DNA of 61,719 nucleotides. Origin: a virus (taxonomy: Duplodnaviria > Caudoviricetes). Where the stretch lies: positions 1 to 61,719 of IMG/VR virus record IMGVR_UViG_3300030389_002537; one strand, 5' to 3'. Below, one piece after another: positions 40,938-50,580 of this stretch. How positions within the stretch are numbered: position 1 is the stretch's first letter; every line of letters starts with the position of its first letter. The notes under the pieces are model-generated. The model saw only the letters and a program-made list of their open reading frames with translations, made no database searches and was not told where the DNA came from. Position numbers and translations under genes: made by a program.

Positions 40938-41356
40938 ACATTTAACTCTCTATAAACTCTTTGCACAAGTAGTCTAGCTTTTTGAGTTAACGCATATCTT
41001 ACTCTGTAGTTATATTTAGTTTCATCCCTAAATAAATGATCTTCATATGTATTAGATGGTGTGAGTTTATCAAAATGCTTATATAAATATCCTTTATTAA
41101 GCAGAGGATATATAAACCTATTCTGTGTATTGTTCTTATTCATTTTCATATCCATTGATGCGAAGTCTATAGTAAAAAACTGAAGATCGTAACCCCACAG
41201 TAAAAACTCTACCTCACTCCATTTCAGATCAGTACCGCTTGTTATTTTATGCTTAACTTGTTTTAGTCGCTTAAGGTGGTTTCTTAAGATATATTTCTTA
41301 TCTTGCAGTGCAAAATCTCTGAAAAGACGTTTCTTTGGAACTCTACTTTTAGGCAT
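40934..41356 (-). CDS. Winged-helix DNA-binding protein (putative regulator)
   Basis: EVEFLLW..LLNKGYL..YALTQKARLLV, a MarR-like pattern; isolated antisense gene. Confidence 0.55.
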   Translation of the reverse strand: MPKSRVPKKRLFRDFALQDKKYILRNHLKRLKQVKHKITSGTDLKWSEVEFLLWGYDLQFFTIDFASMDMKMNKNNTQNRFIYPLLNKGYLYKHFDKLTPSNTYEDHLFRDETKYNYRVRYALTQKARLLVQRVYRELNV

Positions 41357-41381
41357 TGAAATAAATTTATGGGATAAAGAT

Positions 41382-41693
41382 ATGGAAGAACAAGCTTTTT
41401 TCTTAGAGATTCAGCGACTATCTATGGAAATAGATAGAGTTATTGATAGATACGGTATGCGTGATAGGGCTTTATCTATCATGGTTACTGGGTTGATTGA
41501 TACAAACATATTTGGAGACACAAAAATAAAAGCTATATACAGTTATAGCTTGGAATCACAAGAAGAATTAGATAATATAATAAACTTTATTGATAATACC
41601 TGGAACGATCCAAGAGAAGATTATACTGATCAAAAAAAATACTACAGAGATATAGATGATCTTCTTGACGGCACAGGAATAGAATTAGAATAA
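41382..41693 (+). CDS. Acidic hypothetical protein
   Basis: 103-aa ORF. Confidence 0.65.
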   Translation: MEEQAFFLEIQRLSMEIDRVIDRYGMRDRALSIMVTGLIDTNIFGDTKIKAIYSYSLESQEELDNIINFIDNTWNDPREDYTDQKKYYRDIDDLLDGTGIELE

Positions 41694-41694
41694 A

Positions 41695-41931
41695 ATGGAA
41701 AATGTAATAAGAAAAATTGTGGTCGGAAAAGACCCTAAAAACGGCATGGCGTATTATGTCGGGATGAAGGCTGGTACAGGAGAGGTTTGTGCTATAGTAT
41801 ACGATGAAGCTTATCTTGTTAGGTGGGGAAAAACTAGATACTTAGTATACCTTGATACTGATGACACTCAGGTGTTATGGAAGTCTATTGATGAGATGCC
41901 GTGTATGTTGGAGTTTGATTGTAATTTTTAA
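41695..41931 (+). CDS. Hypothetical protein
   Basis: IRKIVVGKDPKNGMAYYVG..LWK motif, recalled as lying upstream of GroES-like genes in this group. Confidence 0.65.
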   Translation: MENVIRKIVVGKDPKNGMAYYVGMKAGTGEVCAIVYDEAYLVRWGKTRYLVYLDTDDTQVLWKSIDEMPCMLEFDCNF

Positions 41932-41934
41932 GAT

Positions 41935-42522
41935 ATGAAAACTCTTCACGTTTTTGTCGTTGAGCTTGAGAAGCAAATAAACGACACCATAAAGACCGAC
42001 TCAGGCCTTGAGCTTTTTATAGATACTAGATTTGAAAACGGTCAGTTCCCCAATAGAGTGACATCTGGTCCAGTTGTTTCACCACCTATCAAATATAATA
42101 CAGGTGTAGAGGTTGGCGATGAGTTATACTTTCACCATTTGGTTGTTTTAAATGAAGGTCAAAAACTTACTGGAGAAGACAATCATTTCTTTGTTAATTA
42201 TAGCCCAGACATAGCCCTTCATAATCAAGCTATAGCTTATAAAAGCCAAAAAGATGGTAAGATAAGGTGTCTTGCAGGATGGTGCTTATTAAAGGCTGTA
42301 GAACAGGAAGAAGATGACGATTCTGTTATTGAAGTAGTTTCTTTAAAAGATGACCTACCTACAAAAGGTGAAGTTGCATATTTATGCCAAGAAGGTAAGG
42401 ATATGGGTCTGAAGCCTGGAGATATTGTTGAGTTTGGACAGAATAGAGATTATCGCATAACTATAGACGGTCAGGAATACTATCGAACTCGTGCGGAAGA
42501 TTTATTAGGAGTATATGTCTAA
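41935..42522 (+). CDS. GroES-like co-chaperonin (two tandem GroES-like units)
   Basis: KTDSGLEL..VEVGDELYF and KGEV..LKPGDIVEF..IDGQEYY..EDLLG. Confidence 0.6.
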   Translation: MKTLHVFVVELEKQINDTIKTDSGLELFIDTRFENGQFPNRVTSGPVVSPPIKYNTGVEVGDELYFHHLVVLNEGQKLTGEDNHFFVNYSPDIALHNQAIAYKSQKDGKIRCLAGWCLLKAVEQEEDDDSVIEVVSLKDDLPTKGEVAYLCQEGKDMGLKPGDIVEFGQNRDYRITIDGQEYYRTRAEDLLGVYV

Positions 42523-42805
42523 GTCTAAATTCACCACGATAGAAGCTGCACAAAGGCTTATGAATAGTATGGAGATCGCTATCAATAACATGATTGACGA
42601 GATCAAAAAACCTGTAGACCCAGAGATAAATGGTAGTGCTCGAAAAGCTGAGCTACAATCTATAAAACAGACAGCGACAGATGCTAAAGAACTTCTTGTT
42701 GAAAGACAAAGATTAGAGCAGATGATAAAGGACTTAAATGAAAGCGGTTCTATAGAACAATCCAAGGATTACTCTGGCGGTTTTGCGGAAAGATTTTCGA
42801 AGTAA
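42515..42805 (+). CDS. Putative terminase small subunit
   Basis: Helical 96 aa ending GFAERFSK; upstream of the large subunit. Confidence 0.45.
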   Translation: MSKSKFTTIEAAQRLMNSMEIAINNMIDEIKKPVDPEINGSARKAELQSIKQTATDAKELLVERQRLEQMIKDLNESGSIEQSKDYSGGFAERFSK

Positions 42806-42810
42806 CTTTG
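42803..42810 (+). promoter_or_regulatory. -7 element TAACTTTG, 4 nt before ATG
   Basis: Consensus match overlapping the upstream stop. Confidence 0.6.
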
Positions 42811-42814
42811 TAAT

Positions 42815-43054
42815 ATGAAGTTATCTAAAAGAAACTATAGAAAAGAATACGATAAGTTTCAAGCATCTCGACAGCAGAAAAAAAATAGAGCAGGAAGGAA
42901 TAAGCGTAGAAGAAGGTTTCTTAAAATGGGTTTAGTAAAAAAAGGTGACGGCAACGACATACATCACAAAGGCGACAAAGTAAAAATAATGAAAGCTTCA
43001 AAAAATAGAGGCATATCTGAAAAGTCTAGATTAAAAGGCTCTACAAGAAAATAA
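42815..43054 (+). CDS. Basic HNH-like protein, possibly degenerate
   Basis: RNYRKEY..KGDGNDIHHK..SKNR motif adjacent to terminase. Confidence 0.55.
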   Translation: MKLSKRNYRKEYDKFQASRQQKKNRAGRNKRRRRFLKMGLVKKGDGNDIHHKGDKVKIMKASKNRGISEKSRLKGSTRK

Positions 43055-43060
43055 ATTAAA

Positions 43061-45175
43061 TTGAACGTATTATTATATACTGAAGAGTATGATGAACCTG
43101 CTATCAAGATTTGCCCCAACGGTTCGGAAGGTGAGATTATCGAACTCGGTGGGCTACTCATTTGCCTTCCAAAAAGGCCGACGAAGAAAAACATTATCGG
43201 ATATAAAGAACCAGACTCTATGCAAATGTGGAGAAGGATATCTATGCCGAAGGAACTGTCTCGTATTCGTTCTATGGATGAGTGGGCAGAAATGCCAAAA
43301 CAGTTTAGAGAGAAGTTTCGTCCATATATCGAGGAAGAGTTTAGGCGTAGGCGTGAGGGTTTTTGGTTTTATAACAACGGTACACCTACATATATTACGG
43401 GGAGGCATTACATGATGCTTCAGTGGAGCAAAATGGATATAGGTTATCCTGACTATCTTGAGTTCCAACATGAAATCTTTCTACACATGGCTGCATGCGA
43501 GGCTGATCCACGTTGCATTGGTCAGCTTTATACTAAGTGCCGTCGTTCTGGGTACACTAATATATGTTCTGCTGTACTTGTTGACGAAGCAACACAAGTT
43601 AAAGACAAGCTGCTCGGCATACAGTCAAAAACTGGTAAGGACGCTCAAGAAAATATTTTCATGAAGAAGGTGGTTTATATGTTCAGAAACTATCCTTTCT
43701 TCTTTAAACCTATACAAGACGGTACAACTAATCCACGTATGGAGCTAGCTTTTAGGGAACCGTCAAAGCGTATTACAAAAAACAACAAAACATCACAAAC
43801 TGGTGAAGCGCTTAACACAGTTATAAACTGGAAAAACACAACTAACAACGCATACGATGGTGAAAAGCTACACATATTGTATTTAGATGAAGCAGGAAAA
43901 TGGGAAAAACCTACAGACATAAGAGACGCATGGAGGATTCAGAGGACTTGTTTGATCGTCGGAAGAAAAATCGTGGGAAAGGCTTTGGTGGGAAGCACGG
44001 TAAATCCGATGAGCAAAGGGGGAAAAGAGTACAAAGAGCTATGGGCGGACTCGAACCCTTTGGAGAGGAACGCGAATGGTAGAACTATAAGCGGGCTATA
44101 TAGATTATTTATACCAGCCCAGCAGGCTATAGAGGGCTTTTTTGATAAATATGGCCAGCCTGTTGTAGGCACACCAAAAGAAGCGGTGGAGGGTATAGAT
44201 GGTGATATGATTTCTATAGGGTCTAGGGAGTATTTAAAAAACGAAAGAGAGAGCCTTAAGCATGATCCTTCAGAACTTAACGAGGTAACTAGGCAATTCC
44301 CTTTTACCACAGACGAAGCCTTCAGGGATAGTATCGAGGGTAGTATATTTAATATAGGTAAGATATATCAGCAGATAGAATATAATGACGAGCTGTTTCC
44401 AAATCCCGTAGTAAAAGGTAACTTTATATGGAAAGAAAAAGATAAAGAGGTTGTATTTAGTCCAGACGTAAACGGTAGATTTAAGATAGCATGGATGCCG
44501 CCAGAATCTCAAAGAAACGTAGTGAGAGTAGATAGAGGTAAAAGGGTACCGCCTTTTTCAGATAGAGGATGCGGTGGTGTGGATAGCTATGATCTTGACG
44601 CTACGCTAGACGGTAGGGGTTCAAAAGGTGCCTTGCATCTTTACAATAAATTTCATATGGAGAATCCATCAAATATGTTTGTTGTTGAGTATGCATCCCG
44701 TCCAGATCTTGCAAAAATATTTTATGAGGATGTTTTGATGTGTGCATTTTTCTATGGGTACCCTATACTAATAGAAAACAACAAGTATGGTATAGCAAGG
44801 CACTTTGAATCAAGAGGTTACGACGGATATCTTATGGATAGGCCTCAACATTTAAAAGGTAGCACAAAGACTGTTTCTGTAAAAACTAAAGGTATACCAT
44901 CAAACTCTCAAGACGTAATACAATCACATGCTCAAGCAATAGAATCGTATATACATGAACACGTTGGTGTAAACTATGAAACAGGAAATATAGGGAATAT
45001 GTACTTCAATGATACACTTGAGGATTGGATAGGATTTAAGATAGACAAAAGAACAAAATTTGACTTAACGATAAGCTCTGGATTAGCTTTGTTGGCTGCT
45101 CAAAAAAGCAAGCCAAAGCCTAAAAGTAACTTTACTGAAAAGCAGTTTTTTAGGAGATATAAGGTAACTGGATGA
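43061..45175 (+). CDS. terL: Terminase large subunit
   Basis: 704 aa; KCRRSGYT, LYLDEAGKW, VGST, nuclease GVDSYD, IENN and FDLTISSG motifs. Confidence 0.9.
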   Translation: MNVLLYTEEYDEPAIKICPNGSEGEIIELGGLLICLPKRPTKKNIIGYKEPDSMQMWRRISMPKELSRIRSMDEWAEMPKQFREKFRPYIEEEFRRRREGFWFYNNGTPTYITGRHYMMLQWSKMDIGYPDYLEFQHEIFLHMAACEADPRCIGQLYTKCRRSGYTNICSAVLVDEATQVKDKLLGIQSKTGKDAQENIFMKKVVYMFRNYPFFFKPIQDGTTNPRMELAFREPSKRITKNNKTSQTGEALNTVINWKNTTNNAYDGEKLHILYLDEAGKWEKPTDIRDAWRIQRTCLIVGRKIVGKALVGSTVNPMSKGGKEYKELWADSNPLERNANGRTISGLYRLFIPAQQAIEGFFDKYGQPVVGTPKEAVEGIDGDMISIGSREYLKNERESLKHDPSELNEVTRQFPFTTDEAFRDSIEGSIFNIGKIYQQIEYNDELFPNPVVKGNFIWKEKDKEVVFSPDVNGRFKIAWMPPESQRNVVRVDRGKRVPPFSDRGCGGVDSYDLDATLDGRGSKGALHLYNKFHMENPSNMFVVEYASRPDLAKIFYEDVLMCAFFYGYPILIENNKYGIARHFESRGYDGYLMDRPQHLKGSTKTVSVKTKGIPSNSQDVIQSHAQAIESYIHEHVGVNYETGNIGNMYFNDTLEDWIGFKIDKRTKFDLTISSGLALLAAQKSKPKPKSNFTEKQFFRRYKVTG

Positions 45176-45180
45176 TTTAC

Positions 45181-45188
45181 TATATTTG
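45181..45188 (+). promoter_or_regulatory. -7 element TATATTTG before the portal gene
   Basis: 6 nt before ATG 45195. Confidence 0.65.
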
Positions 45189-45194
45189 CATAAT

Positions 45195-47606
45195 ATGTAC
45201 GGACAAAATAACGTAAATAAAAAGAACGGTTTTCCCGATCCGTTAGCGGATCAACAAACCAAAGAGTCTGATGCATACGGACTACAGTACGCAAAGGCTA
45301 TTCACGCTCAGTGGGGCGAAATGAACGAGGTGTCTTCTCTGTATGCTAGAAGAAACAAATTGTTTGATAGAAACAGAGATTATTCTAACGGTACTCAGGA
45401 TACAACTATATATAAGCAGCTTTTAAATTCTTTATCACCAAACAAGGGTGACGGAAGTCTTTTAAATTTAGATTACACTCCAGTACCTATACTCCCAAAA
45501 TTTGTAAAAGTAGTCGTAAACAAAACTTTAGCAAGAGATCCATACCCAAATTTAGAATCTATAGATCCATTATCATCTTCTGAGAAGAATAAGAGAAAGG
45601 ATAAGATGAGAATGCAAGTGGAGGCAAAAGAGTTATTGAAGTCTTTGAAAGAAAAAACAGGTGTTGTTCTGGATATGGATCCAGATAATATACCAGACAC
45701 GTTAGAGGAGGCTGAAATATTTATGGATACTAACATTAAGACTGATGCTGAGATAGCTGCTCAGGTCGGGACAAACATGACATTATCCTGGAGTAACTTT
45801 TCTGATACCACATATAGAAGAGCTGTTAACGATATAGTTACACTTGGCATGGGTGTTGTTAAAAGAAGGAATGATCCTAACCAAGGCATATCGATAGAGT
45901 ATGTAGATCCAGCTTCTTTTATACATAGCTACACGGAAGATCCAAATTTTGAGGATTTAGTATATGCAGGAAGTGTAAAGAGAATGTCTATTCAGGAGTT
46001 GAAGAGAATGTCAGCTGGGTCTTTTACCGAAGAGCAATACAAAGAAATAGCAGATAAGGTTAAGAATAAAAGAGGCAACGATGCAAACAAGATGTCTCTA
46101 CAACACTACGACGACCGCCTCAACAGAACAAACTATGGTTATGACGAGTATATGGTTGATGTTTTAGATTTTGAGTTTATATCTGTAGACACCATGTTTT
46201 TTGAAGAAAAAGAAAGTAGACACGGTAATAACGGATTTTACTACAAAGGTTTTTCTTATAAAGAAAAGTCTGGTAGTGTCTTCGAGAGGACTCCTCACAA
46301 GATGGAGATGGCTGTTGTTTATGGAGGCTGCTACATCTTGGAGGCTGACAAGCTTTTTAATTACGGTAGATCTAAGAATGTACCAAAGAACATTCACGAT
46401 ATATCAAAATGCAGACTTTCGTATTCTGTAGCAGCTACCAATATCAGAAGAATGATACCTAAATCTATGGTAGAGAGTTGTTCTGGATTTGCAGATATGC
46501 TACAGCTTACACATCTAAAGATACAGCAAGCGATAGCTAAAGCTAAGCCAGACGGTTTAATTATAGATATTGAAGGTTTAGAGAATGTACAGTTAGGTAA
46601 AGGCGGTGAGTTGCAACCTCTAGAGCTACATGATATATACGAACAGACTGGTGTCTTCTATTACAGAAGTAAAAATCCAGAGGGAGGATTTCAAAACCCA
46701 CCTATACGTGAGATAGGAAATACTATAAGAAACATAAATGAGCTCATAGGTTTGTATAATCACTACATGCAGCTTATTAGAGATACGACGGGTATCAATG
46801 AGGCTATGGATGCTTCTACACCAAAAGGTGATGCTCTTGTAGGTGTTCAGCAGCAAGCAATCAATGCTGGTAATAATGCAATATATGATATCACAAACGC
46901 ATCAATGATGTTGTTTAAGAGGGTTTGTCAGGATGTTGTTAAATGCTTACAGATACTTCCATCGGATTCAGTTCTATACAAGATATATACAAATGCTATA
47001 GGCGAAGAAAACATGAATGTACTTACTTCGTTTAAGGAATTGTCTATGTACAACTTCGGGGTGCATGTTGTTAAGGAGATGGAAGATAAGGATAAAGAAT
47101 ATCTGGAGATGAATATACAGATGGCTATACAGCAGCAACAGATTGATTTAGAAGATGCCATGGCTATAAGAAACATCAAGGATGTTAATCAGGCAGAAAG
47201 GTTGCTTATTATACGTAGAAAAAAGAGAATGCAGGAGCAGCAGCAGATGGCTATGCAGAATTCTCAACAGCAAGCTCAACAAGCTGCAGCGGCTGCAGAA
47301 CAAGCTTCAGCAGCTCGTATGCAAGAATTGCAAGCGCAAGCTCAAATAGACCAGCAAGAGATACAGTTGAAGGGTCAGCTTGAAATGCAGCTAGCTCAGA
47401 TGAGACATGAGTTCAATAAAGAGATTGAAACAATACGAGCTCAGGCTACTCTTGGATTTAAAGAGGATGATCAAAATTTCAAAGAGAAGCTAGATATAAT
47501 GAAGGAGGATAGAAAGGATCAACGTCAAGAGGATAATGCAGAAAATCAAATGAAGATCACACAAATAGCTCAGGGTGAGGAACCAGAGCCACAGCAAATG
47601 ATGTAA
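45195..47606 (+). CDS. Portal protein
   Basis: About 800 aa after terL; LNLDYTPVPILPKFV and IRDTTGINE motifs; Gln-rich C-terminal coiled coil. Confidence 0.85.
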   Translation: MYGQNNVNKKNGFPDPLADQQTKESDAYGLQYAKAIHAQWGEMNEVSSLYARRNKLFDRNRDYSNGTQDTTIYKQLLNSLSPNKGDGSLLNLDYTPVPILPKFVKVVVNKTLARDPYPNLESIDPLSSSEKNKRKDKMRMQVEAKELLKSLKEKTGVVLDMDPDNIPDTLEEAEIFMDTNIKTDAEIAAQVGTNMTLSWSNFSDTTYRRAVNDIVTLGMGVVKRRNDPNQGISIEYVDPASFIHSYTEDPNFEDLVYAGSVKRMSIQELKRMSAGSFTEEQYKEIADKVKNKRGNDANKMSLQHYDDRLNRTNYGYDEYMVDVLDFEFISVDTMFFEEKESRHGNNGFYYKGFSYKEKSGSVFERTPHKMEMAVVYGGCYILEADKLFNYGRSKNVPKNIHDISKCRLSYSVAATNIRRMIPKSMVESCSGFADMLQLTHLKIQQAIAKAKPDGLIIDIEGLENVQLGKGGELQPLELHDIYEQTGVFYYRSKNPEGGFQNPPIREIGNTIRNINELIGLYNHYMQLIRDTTGINEAMDASTPKGDALVGVQQQAINAGNNAIYDITNASMMLFKRVCQDVVKCLQILPSDSVLYKIYTNAIGEENMNVLTSFKELSMYNFGVHVVKEMEDKDKEYLEMNIQMAIQQQQIDLEDAMAIRNIKDVNQAERLLIIRRKKRMQEQQQMAMQNSQQQAQQAAAAAEQASAARMQELQAQAQIDQQEIQLKGQLEMQLAQMRHEFNKEIETIRAQATLGFKEDDQNFKEKLDIMKEDRKDQRQEDNAENQMKITQIAQGEEPEPQQMM

Positions 47607-47607
47607 A

Positions 47608-48036
47608 ATGGCAAAGATAAATTTCGACATATCAAAAAGACTTGACATCACTGTTAAGCGTGGTGATTCTTTTAAATTAGAACTAACACTAAAAGATTCT
47701 AGTGATAATCCTTTAAACCTACATGGTGATACATTTCATTTTGCAGTTGCTGCAGAAAATGGTATTAGAATGGGGACTAACACGGTAGTGCCTCCTCCGA
47801 CCATTGTTACAGATCAAATACTTACAGACGACGAGAGCACAACAGCAGAGACAGCTACAGGTAAAGTTAGGTTTGAGGCTTCAGCAGCTGATTTAAAATT
47901 TAATTTACCAGCAGGAACTCATAGATATGATATACAATATGTAGACGCTAGTGATACTATTGACGGTGAAGGCAATGCTCGAACAATACTTTTTGGAAAC
48001 TTTATTGTTAAAGACGATTTTAGTATTCTTCTGTAA
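47608..48036 (+). CDS. Ig-like / BppU-like structural protein
   Basis: KRGDSFKLELTLKD..YDIQY..ILFGNFIV motif. Confidence 0.55.
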   Translation: MAKINFDISKRLDITVKRGDSFKLELTLKDSSDNPLNLHGDTFHFAVAAENGIRMGTNTVVPPPTIVTDQILTDDESTTAETATGKVRFEASAADLKFNLPAGTHRYDIQYVDASDTIDGEGNARTILFGNFIVKDDFSILL

Positions 48037-48194
48037 TGAGTATTACAATAAATACATCTACAAGCAGTATGGATATAACAGAGCCTGTTGTAGTGACTAC
48101 AAAAGTTACTGAATCTTCTGTTATAACAACTACAGCTACACATCCTACAAAACTTAATATAGAGGTTACACTTAATTCAAGATCATTAAGATGA
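48036..48194 (+). CDS. Thr-rich 52-aa protein (not in ORF track)
   Basis: MSITINTSTSS...; TAATG and ATGA overlaps at its ends. Confidence 0.55.
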   Translation: MSITINTSTSSMDITEPVVVTTKVTESSVITTTATHPTKLNIEVTLNSRSLR

Positions 48195-50395
48195 GATATA
48201 TACTATCCGCTTTATTTTTTATGCCTACGTTTCTTTTATCTCAAGGAAGTTGGCTTGATGTTCAGGTTCAAACAGATCAATACGCTGGAGAAAGCTCCTG
48301 GAAAATACTTAGTGATTCAAATATTGTAGCCACCAGCTTCCCTCTTCAAAACAACACTTTACAAAACCAAATGGTATTTTTGCCCTCTGGTGATTATGAT
48401 TTTGTGATGATGGATGCTTTTGGTGATGGGATATGTTGTCAATTTGGAGAGGGTTGGTATAGAATAAGCAATAATTGTGGATTAGACACAGCGGTGTATG
48501 ATTTTGACTCAGCTGTAGACACTATACCTTTTACACTCAATCCATGTATGCCACCTCTTCCTGGATGCACCAATCCTGTTGCTAACAACTACAATCCGTG
48601 GGCTAATATTGATAACGGAAGTTGCAATGTATTTGAGTGCGATTCTACAGAGACTTTGGTTTCTATGGACCTTACGCTAGATACATGGCCTGGAGAAACT
48701 GGATTCACATTAGTTGATATAGCTACTGGTGATTTTTATGATCAAGTGATACCTGGTGAGTTTGATTTTGGGGATCAACTTGCTACATATACTTATAACT
48801 TCTGTGTTAGCTTAGGGTTTGAATTAATATTAGTAGATGAGTTTGGTGACGGACTAAACGGTTATGCGTCAGGCGGTCAGGATGGGGCTTGTGTTATTAC
48901 AGCCTGTGACAGTGTATTATGGGAGCTAGAAGACCTAGCATTTACTACGTTTGACGACGGTAATACAATGTACTCTGGGGCTATATTTACAGAGCCGTGT
49001 CCCCCAGCACCGCCCATTTACGGGTGTATGGATGATGATTATGTAGACTATAATCCAGAGGCTGAGTTGCCAGATACTTGTGAAACGCTACATACCTGGG
49101 GTTGTACAGATCCAGAAGCTTTAAACTACGATAGCACTGCAACAATATCAGACCTTGTAGGCCCATGTAGCATACAGATTATCCTTGAGGATGACGCAGC
49201 TGACGGATGGGGTAATTCTACTATAGGTATGGTGCAGGGTGAGCAACAGTGGATGTTTACTGTAGGACCTGGTGAGTTTTCTCAGTCGTGGAATATCACT
49301 TTAGACTCTGACGAAGAGGTTGATATATATTACTTCCAAGCTGGTAATCAACAGCAATCGTCTCAAGAGCTTGCCTTCCAAACACTACATAACTCAGTGT
49401 ATGTCCTTAATGAAGCTGGAGATACTTTGCTGTCTGAGGGAAGTAATCCATTTATAAACAACGGGCAGGGAGCTCTTCAACCATTTACTGGACCTAACTG
49501 GACGGTGTATCATTTTACTCCTTTTTGTGGAGATGGGTGTATACCTTATGTGTATGGATGTACTGATGAAACTTCATGTAACTACAATCCTGAAGCCAAC
49601 ACAAACTCTGACTGTAACTATCCAGTCCAGTATTACGATTGTGATAATAGCTGCATTAATGATGATGATAGTGACGGAGTATGTAATGAGCTGGAAGTTG
49701 TAGGCTGCCAAGATCCGACCGCTTTCAATTATAATGCACTAGCAACAGATGCAGGCGATTGCATCCCAGTTATCTTTGGCTGTACTGATCCTACGCAATT
49801 TAACTACAACCCAGAAGCTAATACAGAAAACGGAGGGTGTATACCTTATGTATATGGCTGTATGAATCCATATGCGTTTAATTACAATCCAGATGCTAAC
49901 ACAGAATTAGAAGACTCGTGTATTGAAGTGTTAGTTGACTGCATGGACCCTGATGCGTTTAATTACAACGAGTTAGCAAACACTCCTGATGAAAATCTTT
50001 GTCTGTATGATGCTGGGTGTATCACAGGCCCTGGAGAGCCTTATTGGTTAAACGACGGGTGTTACGCATGGATCATAGATATTGACCCATATTGCTGTGA
50101 GGTTGCATGGGATGAAACGTGCGTAGATCTTTACTCATACTGCGAGCAAGGATGGCCGCAAGGAGTGCTAGAAACAACAAGAGATATAACTATATATCCT
50201 AACCCTGCAAGCATGATCTTAAATGTGCAGGCCCCCGTAGAGGCTATTACAAGCCTATATAACGCATTTGGACAGCTTGTAGTGGTTGGGACTACAGACA
50301 AGACAATAGACCTCTCACAGCTCTCTAATGGAGTGTATGAGGTTGTAATAGAATATAATGGAATAATTATTAACAAGAAAATTATAAAATCATGA
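48191..50395 (+). CDS. Cys-rich secreted protein with type IX secretion (T9SS) type A C-terminal sorting domain
   Basis: N-terminal signal peptide; 8 GC(T/M/Q)DxxAxNYNPxA-type repeats; C-terminal IYPNP..LYNAFGQ..IDLSQLSNGVY..KKIIK. Confidence 0.85.
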   Translation: MRYILSALFFMPTFLLSQGSWLDVQVQTDQYAGESSWKILSDSNIVATSFPLQNNTLQNQMVFLPSGDYDFVMMDAFGDGICCQFGEGWYRISNNCGLDTAVYDFDSAVDTIPFTLNPCMPPLPGCTNPVANNYNPWANIDNGSCNVFECDSTETLVSMDLTLDTWPGETGFTLVDIATGDFYDQVIPGEFDFGDQLATYTYNFCVSLGFELILVDEFGDGLNGYASGGQDGACVITACDSVLWELEDLAFTTFDDGNTMYSGAIFTEPCPPAPPIYGCMDDDYVDYNPEAELPDTCETLHTWGCTDPEALNYDSTATISDLVGPCSIQIILEDDAADGWGNSTIGMVQGEQQWMFTVGPGEFSQSWNITLDSDEEVDIYYFQAGNQQQSSQELAFQTLHNSVYVLNEAGDTLLSEGSNPFINNGQGALQPFTGPNWTVYHFTPFCGDGCIPYVYGCTDETSCNYNPEANTNSDCNYPVQYYDCDNSCINDDDSDGVCNELEVVGCQDPTAFNYNALATDAGDCIPVIFGCTDPTQFNYNPEANTENGGCIPYVYGCMNPYAFNYNPDANTELEDSCIEVLVDCMDPDAFNYNELANTPDENLCLYDAGCITGPGEPYWLNDGCYAWIIDIDPYCCEVAWDETCVDLYSYCEQGWPQGVLETTRDITIYPNPASMILNVQAPVEAITSLYNAFGQLVVVGTTDKTIDLSQLSNGVYEVVIEYNGIIINKKIIKS

Positions 50396-50580
50396 AAGTG
50401 AATTGGATAAACAGTTGGAACTCTTATAACAAAAAAGAGAAGTATGAGTTAAACTTTAGATTAGGCACAGTAAGCGTGCTTGAAATTTCGTTTTGCCCAT
50501 GCCCAGCATGCGACAAGAAAAAGAAAAAGGCATGCCCAAGATTTAGATTTATGATACTCAACTTTGGATTTGAATTCTAA
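50392..50580 (+). CDS. 62-aa protein with CPCPAC motif
   Basis: Coupled at both ends; ends MILNFGFEF. Confidence 0.6.
   Translation: MKVNWINSWNSYNKKEKYELNFRLGTVSVLEISFCPCPACDKKKKKACPRFRFMILNFGFEF

Noticed and set aside
49529-49870. Near-identical DNA repeats (GGGTGTATACCTTATGT) as a DGR template/variable pair or CRISPR array
   Set aside because: They are internal GCxD protein repeats; there is no reverse transcriptase, no adenine-specific variation and no regular spacers
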